41,997 nucleotides of DNA from assembly GCA_031373565.1 (NCBI GenBank), contig JANMMV010000697.1:1-41997 (forward strand). Reading direction: 5' to 3'. The notes under the pieces were generated by a model, which searched no databases, was not told the origin of the DNA, and worked only from the letters and a program-made list of their open reading frames with translations. Every line of letters starts with the position of its first letter. The first letter of the stretch is position 1. Below are positions 16,775-25,958 of the stretch, piece by piece. Source of the stretch: Saprospiraceae bacterium (GTDB lineage Bacteria; Bacteroidota; Bacteroidia; Chitinophagales; Saprospiraceae). A program made the translations under genes and the position numbers.

Positions 16775-16891
16775 CAAAGATAAAGGCGAGACCTTCCACG
16801 TAGCTAAGACGTTTCTCGCAAAAAACCATACATTTCTCGCATTCAAACCGTAATTTCTGAGCATATACCGTAAATTCTGAGCATTTTGCGG
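16775..16891 (-). promoter_or_regulatory. Promoter/operator module B, between paralog B and hybrid sensor 1
   Basis: CAAAGATA at 16775-16782 is TATCTTTG on the minus strand. CGTTTCTCGCA is at 16810-16820 and CATTTCTCGCA at 16831-16841 (21-nt phase). The 20-nt unit ACCGTAA(T/A)TTCTGAGCAT is tandemly duplicated at 16847-16886. Confidence 0.6.
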
Positions 16892-16956
16892 CGCGTTAAT
16901 CATTTTTGGTTCCTTTTTTGGTAATATTTCACTTTAACTTGATGTATCTTTAGTTC

Positions 16957-19900
16957 ATGATCTTTCGTCCCACATATCTCAAATCCCTTGCTCGTTGTAT
17001 TACCATATTCACAATGTTGATCAGCGGTACTACATTCGGTCAGTTCAAATACGAAACCCTATCCACTGCCCAGGGTCTCTCCCAAGGGTATATCTGGGAC
17101 ATCTTACAGTGTAAGGATGGTTTCCTCTGGATGACTACCAAAGCTGGACTCAATCGCTATGACGGTTACTCATTCAAAGTATACAGCCACGACGCTTTTG
17201 ACCCATATTCTATTACGAGCAACAATATTTTATTTCTTTATGAAGATAGTAAAGGTCGCATTTGGATCGGCAGTGATCATGGACTCAATATTTTCAACAA
17301 AAAAACAGAAAGATTTTACAAGCTGTATCACGATGCTAAAAATCCAAATAGCCTTAGCGGCAATGTAGCAGATGATCAAATCACAGAACTCTCTGACGGT
17401 CGTTTTTTAATCAATACGTCTAATATAACCTTTGATATAGTCACCCTTCCAGAAGATTTTTTCGAGGATGAAGGTGGTATAAAAATTGAACACATCAATA
17501 AACCCAAAAATTCCTTTAACGCTGCTAATTACTATAATGAAGTAACATACACCGATTCAAAAAATATTACATGGTACAAATGTGATAATAACCTATACCG
17601 TTTTAATGCGAAAACTGACCAATTCGAATTGCAAAAAGTAGACAACGTGTCGGGTAACCAAATTATAAAAAATGAAGATGGTAGTGTTTGGTTTGGTGAT
17701 GAATATATAAGTTTGTTTGACGGCATCAATGTTTACCCAACATTTACCAAGCCTATGTTTAACGGTCATACAGGATATGTTTTAACGGAAGACAATGGAA
17801 GGTTGTGGCGGTCTAATAACAATCTTGGTTTCCTTGAGATTTTTGATATCTCTACGTGGCAAAAAGGCAAACCAATCGACCCTGAAAAGCATATCATTGC
17901 TAGCGATCAAAATGTTTATTGTAACAAAATATTTAAAGACAGAACCGGCTTGGTTTGGTTAGGTCTCAATGGCTTTGGCGTGCGGAAATATTCGTTTGAA
18001 TCCGAAAAATTCAACCACATCGCTCCAAATAAAAGTATCAGAAAAATCATTGCAGATCCCCAAAACAACCTGCATGTACATGCATGGTACGGACATTTTA
18101 AGATCGATACGAAAGGTAATTTGACAGACAATATCTGGGAGTTTAAACGCGGACTATCACTAGATTATTTTATTGCCAAAACTGGGGATCTATGGTTGAC
18201 TGAAAGAACGGATGTCAATTCAAAAACGATTACTTCATTACAACAAATCAACCCTACCACAAAACTAAGCAAAATCTATACATTTGATCTCGAAGGTAAT
18301 TACGACTATCCACAACATATTATTGAAGATCAGAATGGTCGATTGTGGTTTGGAGGATTGAATGGATATTATTTAGTTTTTGATCCAAAAAGTGGTACTT
18401 ACAAAGAATACAACACCAAAAAAAATACTCCCACAACGACGCAATATAATGACCATAATGGTATTGTATGGATGGGTACTATGGAAGGATTTGCAAAAAT
18501 TGAGTCTAAAAATATTTTAACTACGGCTCCTAAAATTACATGGTATAGCAATGACCCAAATAATAAAACCTCGCTTAATAGTAATAATATAAGCACCTTT
18601 CTTGACGATCCTGTAGATCATGATTTATTGTGGATAGGTACCAAAGGCGGTGGCCTCAATCTCATGGAAAAATCATCAGGCAAGATCAGACATATTACTG
18701 TGAATCAAGGCTTGTGTGACAATACCGTTTATGGCATTTTGGATGACGAAAAAGGCAATATCTGGGGAAGTACCAATAATGGCCTTTTCTGTATATTGAA
18801 TAGTGCCAATCGCAAAAGCAATTTTGAAATCCGACACTTTACTGAAGCAGCAGGACTTCAAGCGGCTGAGTTCAATACAGATGCCTATGCTAAGCTACCT
18901 AACGGCCACCTGGCCTTCGGAGGCATCAATGGAATTAATGTTTTCGACCCAAAAGAAATTTTGATTGATACCATTATGCCCAATATATTTATTACAAAAC
19001 TCATCGTGGGCAATCAAGTTATAAAACCCTTTGATAATAGTAATATCCTTTTCCAAGCCATCGAATTTACACCATCCATTACCTTGAATCATATTCAGGA
19101 TGTATTTACCATCGAGTTTTCGTCTTTGGATTTCAGAGCGCCTGAACAAATAAAATACAGGTACAAACTAGATGGTATTGACGAAGATTGGTTGGAAATA
19201 GGCAAAAGAAGAAGTGTCACTTATTCCCACTTGCCAGCTGGTTCTTACACGTTCAAAGTACAAGGCAGCAATAGCTTAGGAATATGGAATGATAAAGTCA
19301 GAGCATTAAAGATCATAATTTTGCCTCCATGGTATGCATCATGGTATGCCTATTTATTTTATGTGATATTACTTGGCTTAGGTATTCGAGCATATTACAG
19401 ATATAAACTCGAGCAGAACAAAATGGCAACTCAACTGCAATTTGAACAAAACGAAAACCATCGTGTCAAAGAACTCGATAAGGTCAAAACGGATCTATAC
19501 ACTAATATCACTCATGAATTTAGAACGCCACTAACAGTTATCCTAGGTATGGTGCAGCACATAAGGCGTTCCGCCGCCGATCACTTAGACAACGGTTTGG
19601 ACATGATCGAACGAAACGGCAATAATCTTTTGCGGTTGGTAAATGAAATGTTGGATTTATCAAAGCTGGAAGCGGGCAAAATGGAATTAAATCTTACACA
19701 AGGTGATGTGATTAATTTTATCAGATATATTGTAGAGTCATTCCATTCGGTGGCAGAAAGTCAAGACAAAAAAATGCATTATCTCTCTTCAATCGACACG
19801 ATGTACGCACAATATGATCAAGAGAAAATACGACAGATCGTATCCAATTTACTATCCAATGCATTGAAATTTACATCCAAAAAAGGAGACATTTATCTAT

Positions 19901-21066
19901 CCATTTCCCAAGAAAACAAGAATCAGCTCTGTATCAAAGTCAAAGATACAGGCCGTGGTATACCTGAAAGCCAGCAACACCATATTTTTGATAGATTCTA
20001 CCAAGCTGACAGTACACACACCCGACACGCTGAAGGTACTGGCATAGGACTTGCATTGACTAAAGAACTGGTACAACTCATGGCCGGACACATTTCAGTC
20101 AAAAGCCCACCAACAGGATCAAAAAAAGGTACAGAGTTTACAGTCATCTTACCACTAGAGATCATCACAGATTATATCGAAGATGAAACCATCCAAAAGG
20201 CTTTTGTAGTTAAATCAAAGATAGACGATAACGATCCATTTAGGCATATTGATTTTCAAAACCAAACTAACCCAGATAAAGAACTGATCCTATTGGTAGA
20301 AGATAACGCTGACGTAGTGGCATACACTGCTAGCTGTCTTCAAGATTACCGATTGGCAGTGGGTAAAGACGGTCAGGAAGGTTTGGATATAGCACGTGAT
20401 CTAGTTCCTGATCTAATCATTACAGATGTCATGATGCCATTTATGGATGGTTTTGAAATGACACGAAACCTGCGTATTGATGTGCGTACCAGCCATATTC
20501 CTATTATCATGCTTACAGCCAAAGCGGATATGGACTCTAAACTCGAAGGCATAGATTATGGTGCAGAAGTTTATCTCGAAAAACCATTTAATGTCGACGA
20601 ACTTAAGTTGCGAGTGCGCAAATTACTAGACCAAAGGATGATCTTGCAAAATGCCTATGCTTCCAAGTTGGGGCTACAAACTTTGTCAAAAGAAATTACC
20701 AATAACGAAGAAAAGACTAATTATGATGATATTGTATTGCCTCAGGTAGAAAATGCATTTGTTAAAAAGGTAACATTAGAGATAGAAGCGCACCTATCCG
20801 ATGAAAGTTTCAGTGTAGAGCAACTTGCTAGAAGTCTATTTATGTCTTATTCACAATTGCAACGGAAACTCAATGCGCTCATTGGCATGCCACCCAATCA
20901 ATTTATACGACACTTGCGCCTCCAAAAGTCTAAAGAGCTCTTAAGTACAACGGAGGATACGATCCTTAACATTTCGATGAATTGCGGTTTCAGCGATCCG
21001 AGTTACTTCGCCAAAGTTTTCAAACAAGAATTTGGCATCACACCCCAGGATTGGAGAAATGGGTGA
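16957..21066 (+). CDS. Hybrid two-component system sensor/regulator 1: periplasmic beta-propeller repeats + Y_Y_Y, TM, HisKA, HATPase_c, REC, AraC-type HTH
   Basis: Y_Y_Y region YRYKLDGIDEDWLEIGKRRSVTYSHLPAGSYTFKVQG. TM segment WYAYLFYVILLGLGI. H-box ITHEFRTPLTVILGM. REC motifs LLVEDNADV...IITDVMMPFMDGFEM...MLTAKA. AraC HTH CGFSDPSYFAKVFKQEFGITPQDW. Confidence 0.9.
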   Translation: MIFRPTYLKSLARCITIFTMLISGTTFGQFKYETLSTAQGLSQGYIWDILQCKDGFLWMTTKAGLNRYDGYSFKVYSHDAFDPYSITSNNILFLYEDSKGRIWIGSDHGLNIFNKKTERFYKLYHDAKNPNSLSGNVADDQITELSDGRFLINTSNITFDIVTLPEDFFEDEGGIKIEHINKPKNSFNAANYYNEVTYTDSKNITWYKCDNNLYRFNAKTDQFELQKVDNVSGNQIIKNEDGSVWFGDEYISLFDGINVYPTFTKPMFNGHTGYVLTEDNGRLWRSNNNLGFLEIFDISTWQKGKPIDPEKHIIASDQNVYCNKIFKDRTGLVWLGLNGFGVRKYSFESEKFNHIAPNKSIRKIIADPQNNLHVHAWYGHFKIDTKGNLTDNIWEFKRGLSLDYFIAKTGDLWLTERTDVNSKTITSLQQINPTTKLSKIYTFDLEGNYDYPQHIIEDQNGRLWFGGLNGYYLVFDPKSGTYKEYNTKKNTPTTTQYNDHNGIVWMGTMEGFAKIESKNILTTAPKITWYSNDPNNKTSLNSNNISTFLDDPVDHDLLWIGTKGGGLNLMEKSSGKIRHITVNQGLCDNTVYGILDDEKGNIWGSTNNGLFCILNSANRKSNFEIRHFTEAAGLQAAEFNTDAYAKLPNGHLAFGGINGINVFDPKEILIDTIMPNIFITKLIVGNQVIKPFDNSNILFQAIEFTPSITLNHIQDVFTIEFSSLDFRAPEQIKYRYKLDGIDEDWLEIGKRRSVTYSHLPAGSYTFKVQGSNSLGIWNDKVRALKIIILPPWYASWYAYLFYVILLGLGIRAYYRYKLEQNKMATQLQFEQNENHRVKELDKVKTDLYTNITHEFRTPLTVILGMVQHIRRSAADHLDNGLDMIERNGNNLLRLVNEMLDLSKLEAGKMELNLTQGDVINFIRYIVESFHSVAESQDKKMHYLSSIDTMYAQYDQEKIRQIVSNLLSNALKFTSKKGDIYLSISQENKNQLCIKVKDTGRGIPESQQHHIFDRFYQADSTHTRHAEGTGIGLALTKELVQLMAGHISVKSPPTGSKKGTEFTVILPLEIITDYIEDETIQKAFVVKSKIDDNDPFRHIDFQNQTNPDKELILLVEDNADVVAYTASCLQDYRLAVGKDGQEGLDIARDLVPDLIITDVMMPFMDGFEMTRNLRIDVRTSHIPIIMLTAKADMDSKLEGIDYGAEVYLEKPFNVDELKLRVRKLLDQRMILQNAYASKLGLQTLSKEITNNEEKTNYDDIVLPQVENAFVKKVTLEIEAHLSDESFSVEQLARSLFMSYSQLQRKLNALIGMPPNQFIRHLRLQKSKELLSTTEDTILNISMNCGFSDPSYFAKVFKQEFGITPQDWRNG

Positions 21067-21477
21067 TAGGTAAAGCATGTAGGATAGAATGTTTAGGGTT
21101 TGTAATATCTGAAGTAGGTACTAGAATGATTTCCTACAGGAAATAACTCCACGGCTGACTGGTATAGAAAGGTTTTGTGAATAGCAAATCCATTTTAGAA
21201 AGTACCTATTTTGTGAAGGGTGTAATAGGCATACTTCTGCCAAAGCCAATGCTGTTGTTGAATAAAAAATAAGGGACTGTTAATATTGATAAACCACTGA
21301 CAATAATGGCATTAGCATCTTTTGATAATCAAGAAAATAACGAAGGTAAATAGTTGTGCAATTCAGCAAGGGCAACACCTACTAATAATCCGTCCAATCG
21401 GCAATATTTAGGATCATAGATTGTTTGTATCCATAACGCCCTGTTTTCTATTCCGGAACTTTGCTGGATGTGTTACG

Positions 21478-21507
21478 TCTACTCTAACAAGGTTTTCGGC
21501 TTTCACT
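21478..21507 (-). repeat. Copy 2 of the ~28-nt intergenic motif, here with no gene downstream
   Basis: The minus strand reads GTGAAAGCCGAAAACCTTGTTAGAGTAGAC, 25 of 30 positions identical to copy 1. Confidence 0.5.
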
Positions 21508-21564
21508 ATGATTGATGAAAACTTGAAATTTTTCTGATCCAATTATTTGATACAATGGATGTTG

Positions 21565-21659
21565 CAAAGTAAAGGTCAAAACAAGGGTGGGAGATAGGAG
21601 AAATATCGTATAATATAGGCGAAATCTCGCTTTTTACAGTAAAATCTGATCGTTTTCAG
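21565..21659 (-). promoter_or_regulatory. Promoter/operator module C (orphan), upstream of hybrid sensor 2
   Basis: CAAAGTAA at 21565-21572 is TTACTTTG on the minus strand, so the TA of the -7 box is altered. GAAATATCGTA is at 21600-21610 and GAAATCTCGCT at 21621-21631 (21-nt phase). ACAGTAAAATCTGATCGTTTTCAG is at 21636-21659. The box-to-repeat spacing is 35 nt, the same as in modules A and B. Confidence 0.55.
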
Positions 21660-21723
21660 ATCTCAGTATGAAAAAGACAAACTTTAAACTAAGACTTTGG
21701 TGTCCTTTCTCTATTTTTACCCT

Positions 21724-24700
21724 ATGAATATTTTCCCAAAGAATATCAGCTCTTTTCGATTCATTTGGTTGGCACTATGGATACTATGTAGTCATATGAG
21801 TTATGGCCAATTGAAGTATGAGACACTCACTACTTCAGATGGATTGTCGCAAGGTATGGTATTTGATATTTTACAAGATAAGGAAGGATTTATTTGGATA
21901 GCCACTAAAGATGGATTAAACAGGTATGATGGCTATGAGTTTAAAGTATTTTCAAATGACCCATATAATGATCAAAGTCTAAGTAGCAATACTATTTCAA
22001 GATTATTTGAAGATAGCAAAGGTAGGATTTGGGCTACTACTGAAAATGCTGGCTTAAATATCTATGATAAAATTAAAGGTGTTTTTTACAGGTTGCAAAA
22101 TAGTTTGACCAACACTAATAGTATATCTGGAAATAATATTAGAGCGATAGAAGAATTGCCAGATGGCAGGATGTTGATAGCGACAGTTGGTCGTGGAATA
22201 AATATTGTTACTTTAACAGAAGAGTTTTTTAGTAAAGGTTCTTCCCCGCTTATTATTAAACTTAACATGCCTAATAATAGTGAAGTATATGGCATTGGTA
22301 AAGATAAAAATGATAGAGTCGTCATTGGAGCTATGGATGGCACGACATATGAACTGGACTATAAGAATTTGAGCTTCATCCCGATTAACAATGGAAAATT
22401 ATATAATAATGGCTACCTAACAGAGGAGGGAAGTGTCATCATCAATAACAACCTATTTTTGGATGATGGCAATAGCATAATGCCTTTATTTGATACAGAT
22501 AAATTACCAGAAGGTAATATTATATTCAGACCAAATGAGACCCTTTGGGATTTACATCATAGGGAACAACATTTTTACGATATCAGTAGGTGGGAAAATG
22601 GTATACCCCTAAGTTGGAAAGAAAAACTTCCTATTGAAAAAAATACAAGAATCATTTATCCATTCATTATTGATAGGTCAGGGATTTTGTGGGCTGGCAC
22701 CGTCGGCTATGGTCTTAGGAAATACAAGATCAAAAAAAGCATATTTAGAACTTTAGCTAGAGGAAATAGCATCAGACTGATCAAACCTTATTCTGAAAGT
22801 GAAATATATTGTGTCGACTACGGATATCCTTGGTTGAAGTTAAAAGCGGATAATGTAGTGGATGTCAATGCATTTAGTAAAATTCCATCGGTGAGCCAGA
22901 TAGACAATATTCTTGTTTCAAAAACAAAAGATATTTACATAAAAAGCGACAAAAAAGGTTATTTTAAATATACACCTACGACCAATACACTTGTAGAACT
23001 TCCAAATATAAATGCAAAGCAGACATTCGGTAAAAAACAACCATTTATAGAGGATAAACGTGCTTCTGTGTGGTTTCCTGGCTTAGATGGTCAGATTACT
23101 TTGTTTGATCCAATCACGCAAAAATCAGATAGTTTTAATATAAATCAAAGTGGTGACAAAATCATCATTACGGCGCTGCTCGAAGATAAAAATGAAACTT
23201 TTTGGATTGGTACGGAAACTGGTTTTGCAAAAGTTAATTTAAAACGAGATAATATTTCATCTTCTGTTGTAAGGTGGTACAATAACGACTTTAAAAACAG
23301 AAATTCACTTAGCTATGATCATGTGACTTCTTTTTTAGATGATCCAAATGAACCTCAAACATATTTATGGATATCTACAAAAGGTGGTGGAATTAATCGT
23401 TTAAATAAATTGACTGGGGATTTCTTGCACCTTTCCACTAAAGATGGCTTACCAGATAATGTGGTTTATGGCTTGCTTGATGACCAATCAGGAAATATTT
23501 GGGGTAGCACCAATAAAGGAATTTTTTGCACGCTTATTCAAAAAAATAAGCCTAACCTTGAAATTAGTTTTCGTAATTTTACGAAGAGAGAAGAACTTCA
23601 GGATGATGAATTTAATACAGGTGCATTTGCAAAACTACCCAACGGAAACTTAGCTTTTGGAGGTGTCAATGGATTGAACGTTTTTAATCCTAAAGATGTA
23701 TTACAATCTAGTTTTATACCAAATGTCTTTATTACAAAAATTCTTGTAGAAAATAATATTGTCTTACCAAATGATAATACAGGTGTTCTTAGTGAAAATA
23801 TTGAAAAAGCGAAATCCATTACATTAACCCATTTACAAGACATCCTCACTCTTGAATTTGCATCATTAGATTTTTCTAACCCTTTACAAAACAAATATCG
23901 TTATCAGCTCATAGGTATAGATAAGGACTGGATCCTAAGTAACACTCGTCGTTCTGCAACATATTTACATCTTCCTGAAGGAAATTATGTTTTCAAAGTG
24001 CAAGGTAGTAACAGTGAAGGTATTTGGAGCGAAAATGTAGCAGCTTTGCAAATCAATATTTTGCCGCCATGGTGGAAGACTTGGTGGGCTTATCTCTCAT
24101 ATACCTTACTATTTGGCTTTTTGATAAGAACGTATCTACAATATAGGTTAAATCAATCCAAAATAGAGTCGCAATTGATCGTTGAACAAAATGAAGCTAG
24201 GCGAATCAAAGAACTGGATAATATAAAAACGCAGCTTTACACCAATATCACCCATGAATTCCGTACGCCATTGACTGTAATCTTGGGTATGGTGCAGCAA
24301 ATAAAAGGCGCACCAAAAGAACATTTAGAGAACGGTCTCGAGATGATCGATCGTAATGGTAGAAACTTACTAGATCTTGTTAACGAGATGCTCGATCTGT
24401 CAAAACTCGAAGCAGGCAAAATGGAGTTACATATGGTGGGTGGCGATGTCATCCATTTTTTGAGATATATCGTAGAGTCATTTCACTCGATGGCCGAAAG
24501 CCAAAACAAAAAAATGCATTATCTTTCTTCATTAGATACTTTGCACACAGCTTATGATACGGAAAAATTACGCCAAATTCTTTCCAATCTTCTGTCAAAT
24601 GCGTTAAAATTTACACCAGAAAAAGGAGATATTTACATTTCAATTGGTACTGTAGATCGGCATAACGCTGAGAATAAAAAAATACTTGTCATCAAGATCA

Positions 24701-25836
24701 AAGATACGGGTAAGGGCATCACAGATGACCATCTCCCATATATATTTGATCGTTTTTACCAAGTAGATACTAGTCATACCCGTAAAGCAGAAGGCACAGG
24801 TATCGGATTGGCACTCACCAAAGAGCTAGTTCAACTCATGGGTGGTACAATAGATGTTAAAAGTCCACCAGTAGGGGCCAAAAATGGAACAGAGTTTACC
24901 GTAACGATACCTATGACTATTAGCCTTGATGCAGTAGGTATGAGTGATACGCCAGTTCATCAAAGTATCACCCCTTCGAAAAAGTCAAATCAAAGTCTAG
25001 TTATCGATATTGAAAATCCAAAACGCCAGAAGCCCACAAACCACCTAATCTTACTTGTAGAAGACAACGCTGACGTAGTCGCGTATACTGCTAGTTGTCT
25101 ACCTGATTATAAGCTGGCAGTAGGTAAAGATGGGCGTGAAGGCTTTGAGATAGCATGTGAGATCACACCTGATTTGATTATCACTGACGTCATGATGCCC
25201 TATATGGATGGCTTCGAAATGACCCGAATGCTACGTAATGACGAACGTACGAGTCACATTCCCATTATCATGCTTACTGCCAAAGCAGATATGGAAAGTA
25301 AACTTGAAGGCATCGAGCATGGTGTGGACGCATACTTAGAGAAGCCATTTTATAAAGATGAATTGCTCCTCAGGATAAAGAAATTACTAGAGCAGAGAAA
25401 GCTATTGCAAAAGGTATATTCTAAACTTGTGGGTCTAGACCAACCCATCCCTGATGTGACTACTGATAAAAACGCCGAAGCGAACAACCAGCTAGACGAC
25501 ATCGAAATTCCGGTCTTGGAAAATGAATTTGTCAAAAAAATTCGTCTTGAAATTGAGAAAAATATAGGTGACGAATCTTTCAACGTTGATCACCTCGTCA
25601 AAAACTTGTTTATGAGTTACTCTCAAGTTCACCGCAAGTTGAGTGCAGTAATTGGACATTCACCCAATCAATTTATTAAGATAATCAGACTTCAAAAGGC
25701 AAAAGAATTACTAAAGACTACCGACCACTCGATTGCCAATATAGCTGCGCAATGTGGCTTTAATGATCCAAGTTACTTTGGCAAAGTATTTAAACAAGAG
25801 TATGGGGTAACTGCGCAAGAGTGGAGGAACGGGTAG
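21724..25836 (+). CDS. Hybrid two-component system sensor/regulator 2 (paralog of sensor 1, same domain order)
   Basis: Start taken at ATG MNIFPKNISSFRFIWLALWILC; the track starts at a TTG at 21697. Y_Y_Y region YRYQLIGIDKDWILSNTRRSATYLHLPEGNYVFKVQG. Identical H-box ITHEFRTPLTVILGM. REC motif IITDVMMPYMDGFEM. AraC HTH CGFNDPSYFGKVFKQEYGVTAQEW. Confidence 0.9.
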   Translation: MNIFPKNISSFRFIWLALWILCSHMSYGQLKYETLTTSDGLSQGMVFDILQDKEGFIWIATKDGLNRYDGYEFKVFSNDPYNDQSLSSNTISRLFEDSKGRIWATTENAGLNIYDKIKGVFYRLQNSLTNTNSISGNNIRAIEELPDGRMLIATVGRGINIVTLTEEFFSKGSSPLIIKLNMPNNSEVYGIGKDKNDRVVIGAMDGTTYELDYKNLSFIPINNGKLYNNGYLTEEGSVIINNNLFLDDGNSIMPLFDTDKLPEGNIIFRPNETLWDLHHREQHFYDISRWENGIPLSWKEKLPIEKNTRIIYPFIIDRSGILWAGTVGYGLRKYKIKKSIFRTLARGNSIRLIKPYSESEIYCVDYGYPWLKLKADNVVDVNAFSKIPSVSQIDNILVSKTKDIYIKSDKKGYFKYTPTTNTLVELPNINAKQTFGKKQPFIEDKRASVWFPGLDGQITLFDPITQKSDSFNINQSGDKIIITALLEDKNETFWIGTETGFAKVNLKRDNISSSVVRWYNNDFKNRNSLSYDHVTSFLDDPNEPQTYLWISTKGGGINRLNKLTGDFLHLSTKDGLPDNVVYGLLDDQSGNIWGSTNKGIFCTLIQKNKPNLEISFRNFTKREELQDDEFNTGAFAKLPNGNLAFGGVNGLNVFNPKDVLQSSFIPNVFITKILVENNIVLPNDNTGVLSENIEKAKSITLTHLQDILTLEFASLDFSNPLQNKYRYQLIGIDKDWILSNTRRSATYLHLPEGNYVFKVQGSNSEGIWSENVAALQINILPPWWKTWWAYLSYTLLFGFLIRTYLQYRLNQSKIESQLIVEQNEARRIKELDNIKTQLYTNITHEFRTPLTVILGMVQQIKGAPKEHLENGLEMIDRNGRNLLDLVNEMLDLSKLEAGKMELHMVGGDVIHFLRYIVESFHSMAESQNKKMHYLSSLDTLHTAYDTEKLRQILSNLLSNALKFTPEKGDIYISIGTVDRHNAENKKILVIKIKDTGKGITDDHLPYIFDRFYQVDTSHTRKAEGTGIGLALTKELVQLMGGTIDVKSPPVGAKNGTEFTVTIPMTISLDAVGMSDTPVHQSITPSKKSNQSLVIDIENPKRQKPTNHLILLVEDNADVVAYTASCLPDYKLAVGKDGREGFEIACEITPDLIITDVMMPYMDGFEMTRMLRNDERTSHIPIIMLTAKADMESKLEGIEHGVDAYLEKPFYKDELLLRIKKLLEQRKLLQKVYSKLVGLDQPIPDVTTDKNAEANNQLDDIEIPVLENEFVKKIRLEIEKNIGDESFNVDHLVKNLFMSYSQVHRKLSAVIGHSPNQFIKIIRLQKAKELLKTTDHSIANIAAQCGFNDPSYFGKVFKQEYGVTAQEWRNG

Positions 25837-25958
25837 AACTTCGGATGTAGAATGCTTGAACGCTTACATGAAACACTATTTCGCAAAATACTTTTTGCAA
25901 GGCAATGTCAGGCGCATGAAATTATTTTTATCATCTTTACGCCTTCAAATTACAAAGT

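Noticed and set aside
21129-21144. Palindrome ATTTCC-TACA-GGAAAT about 65 nt after the stop of hybrid sensor 1, a possible terminator
   Set aside because: It has only a 6-bp AT-rich stem and no T tract on either strand, which is not convincing as an intrinsic terminator. It could be a protein-binding site, but nothing supports that.
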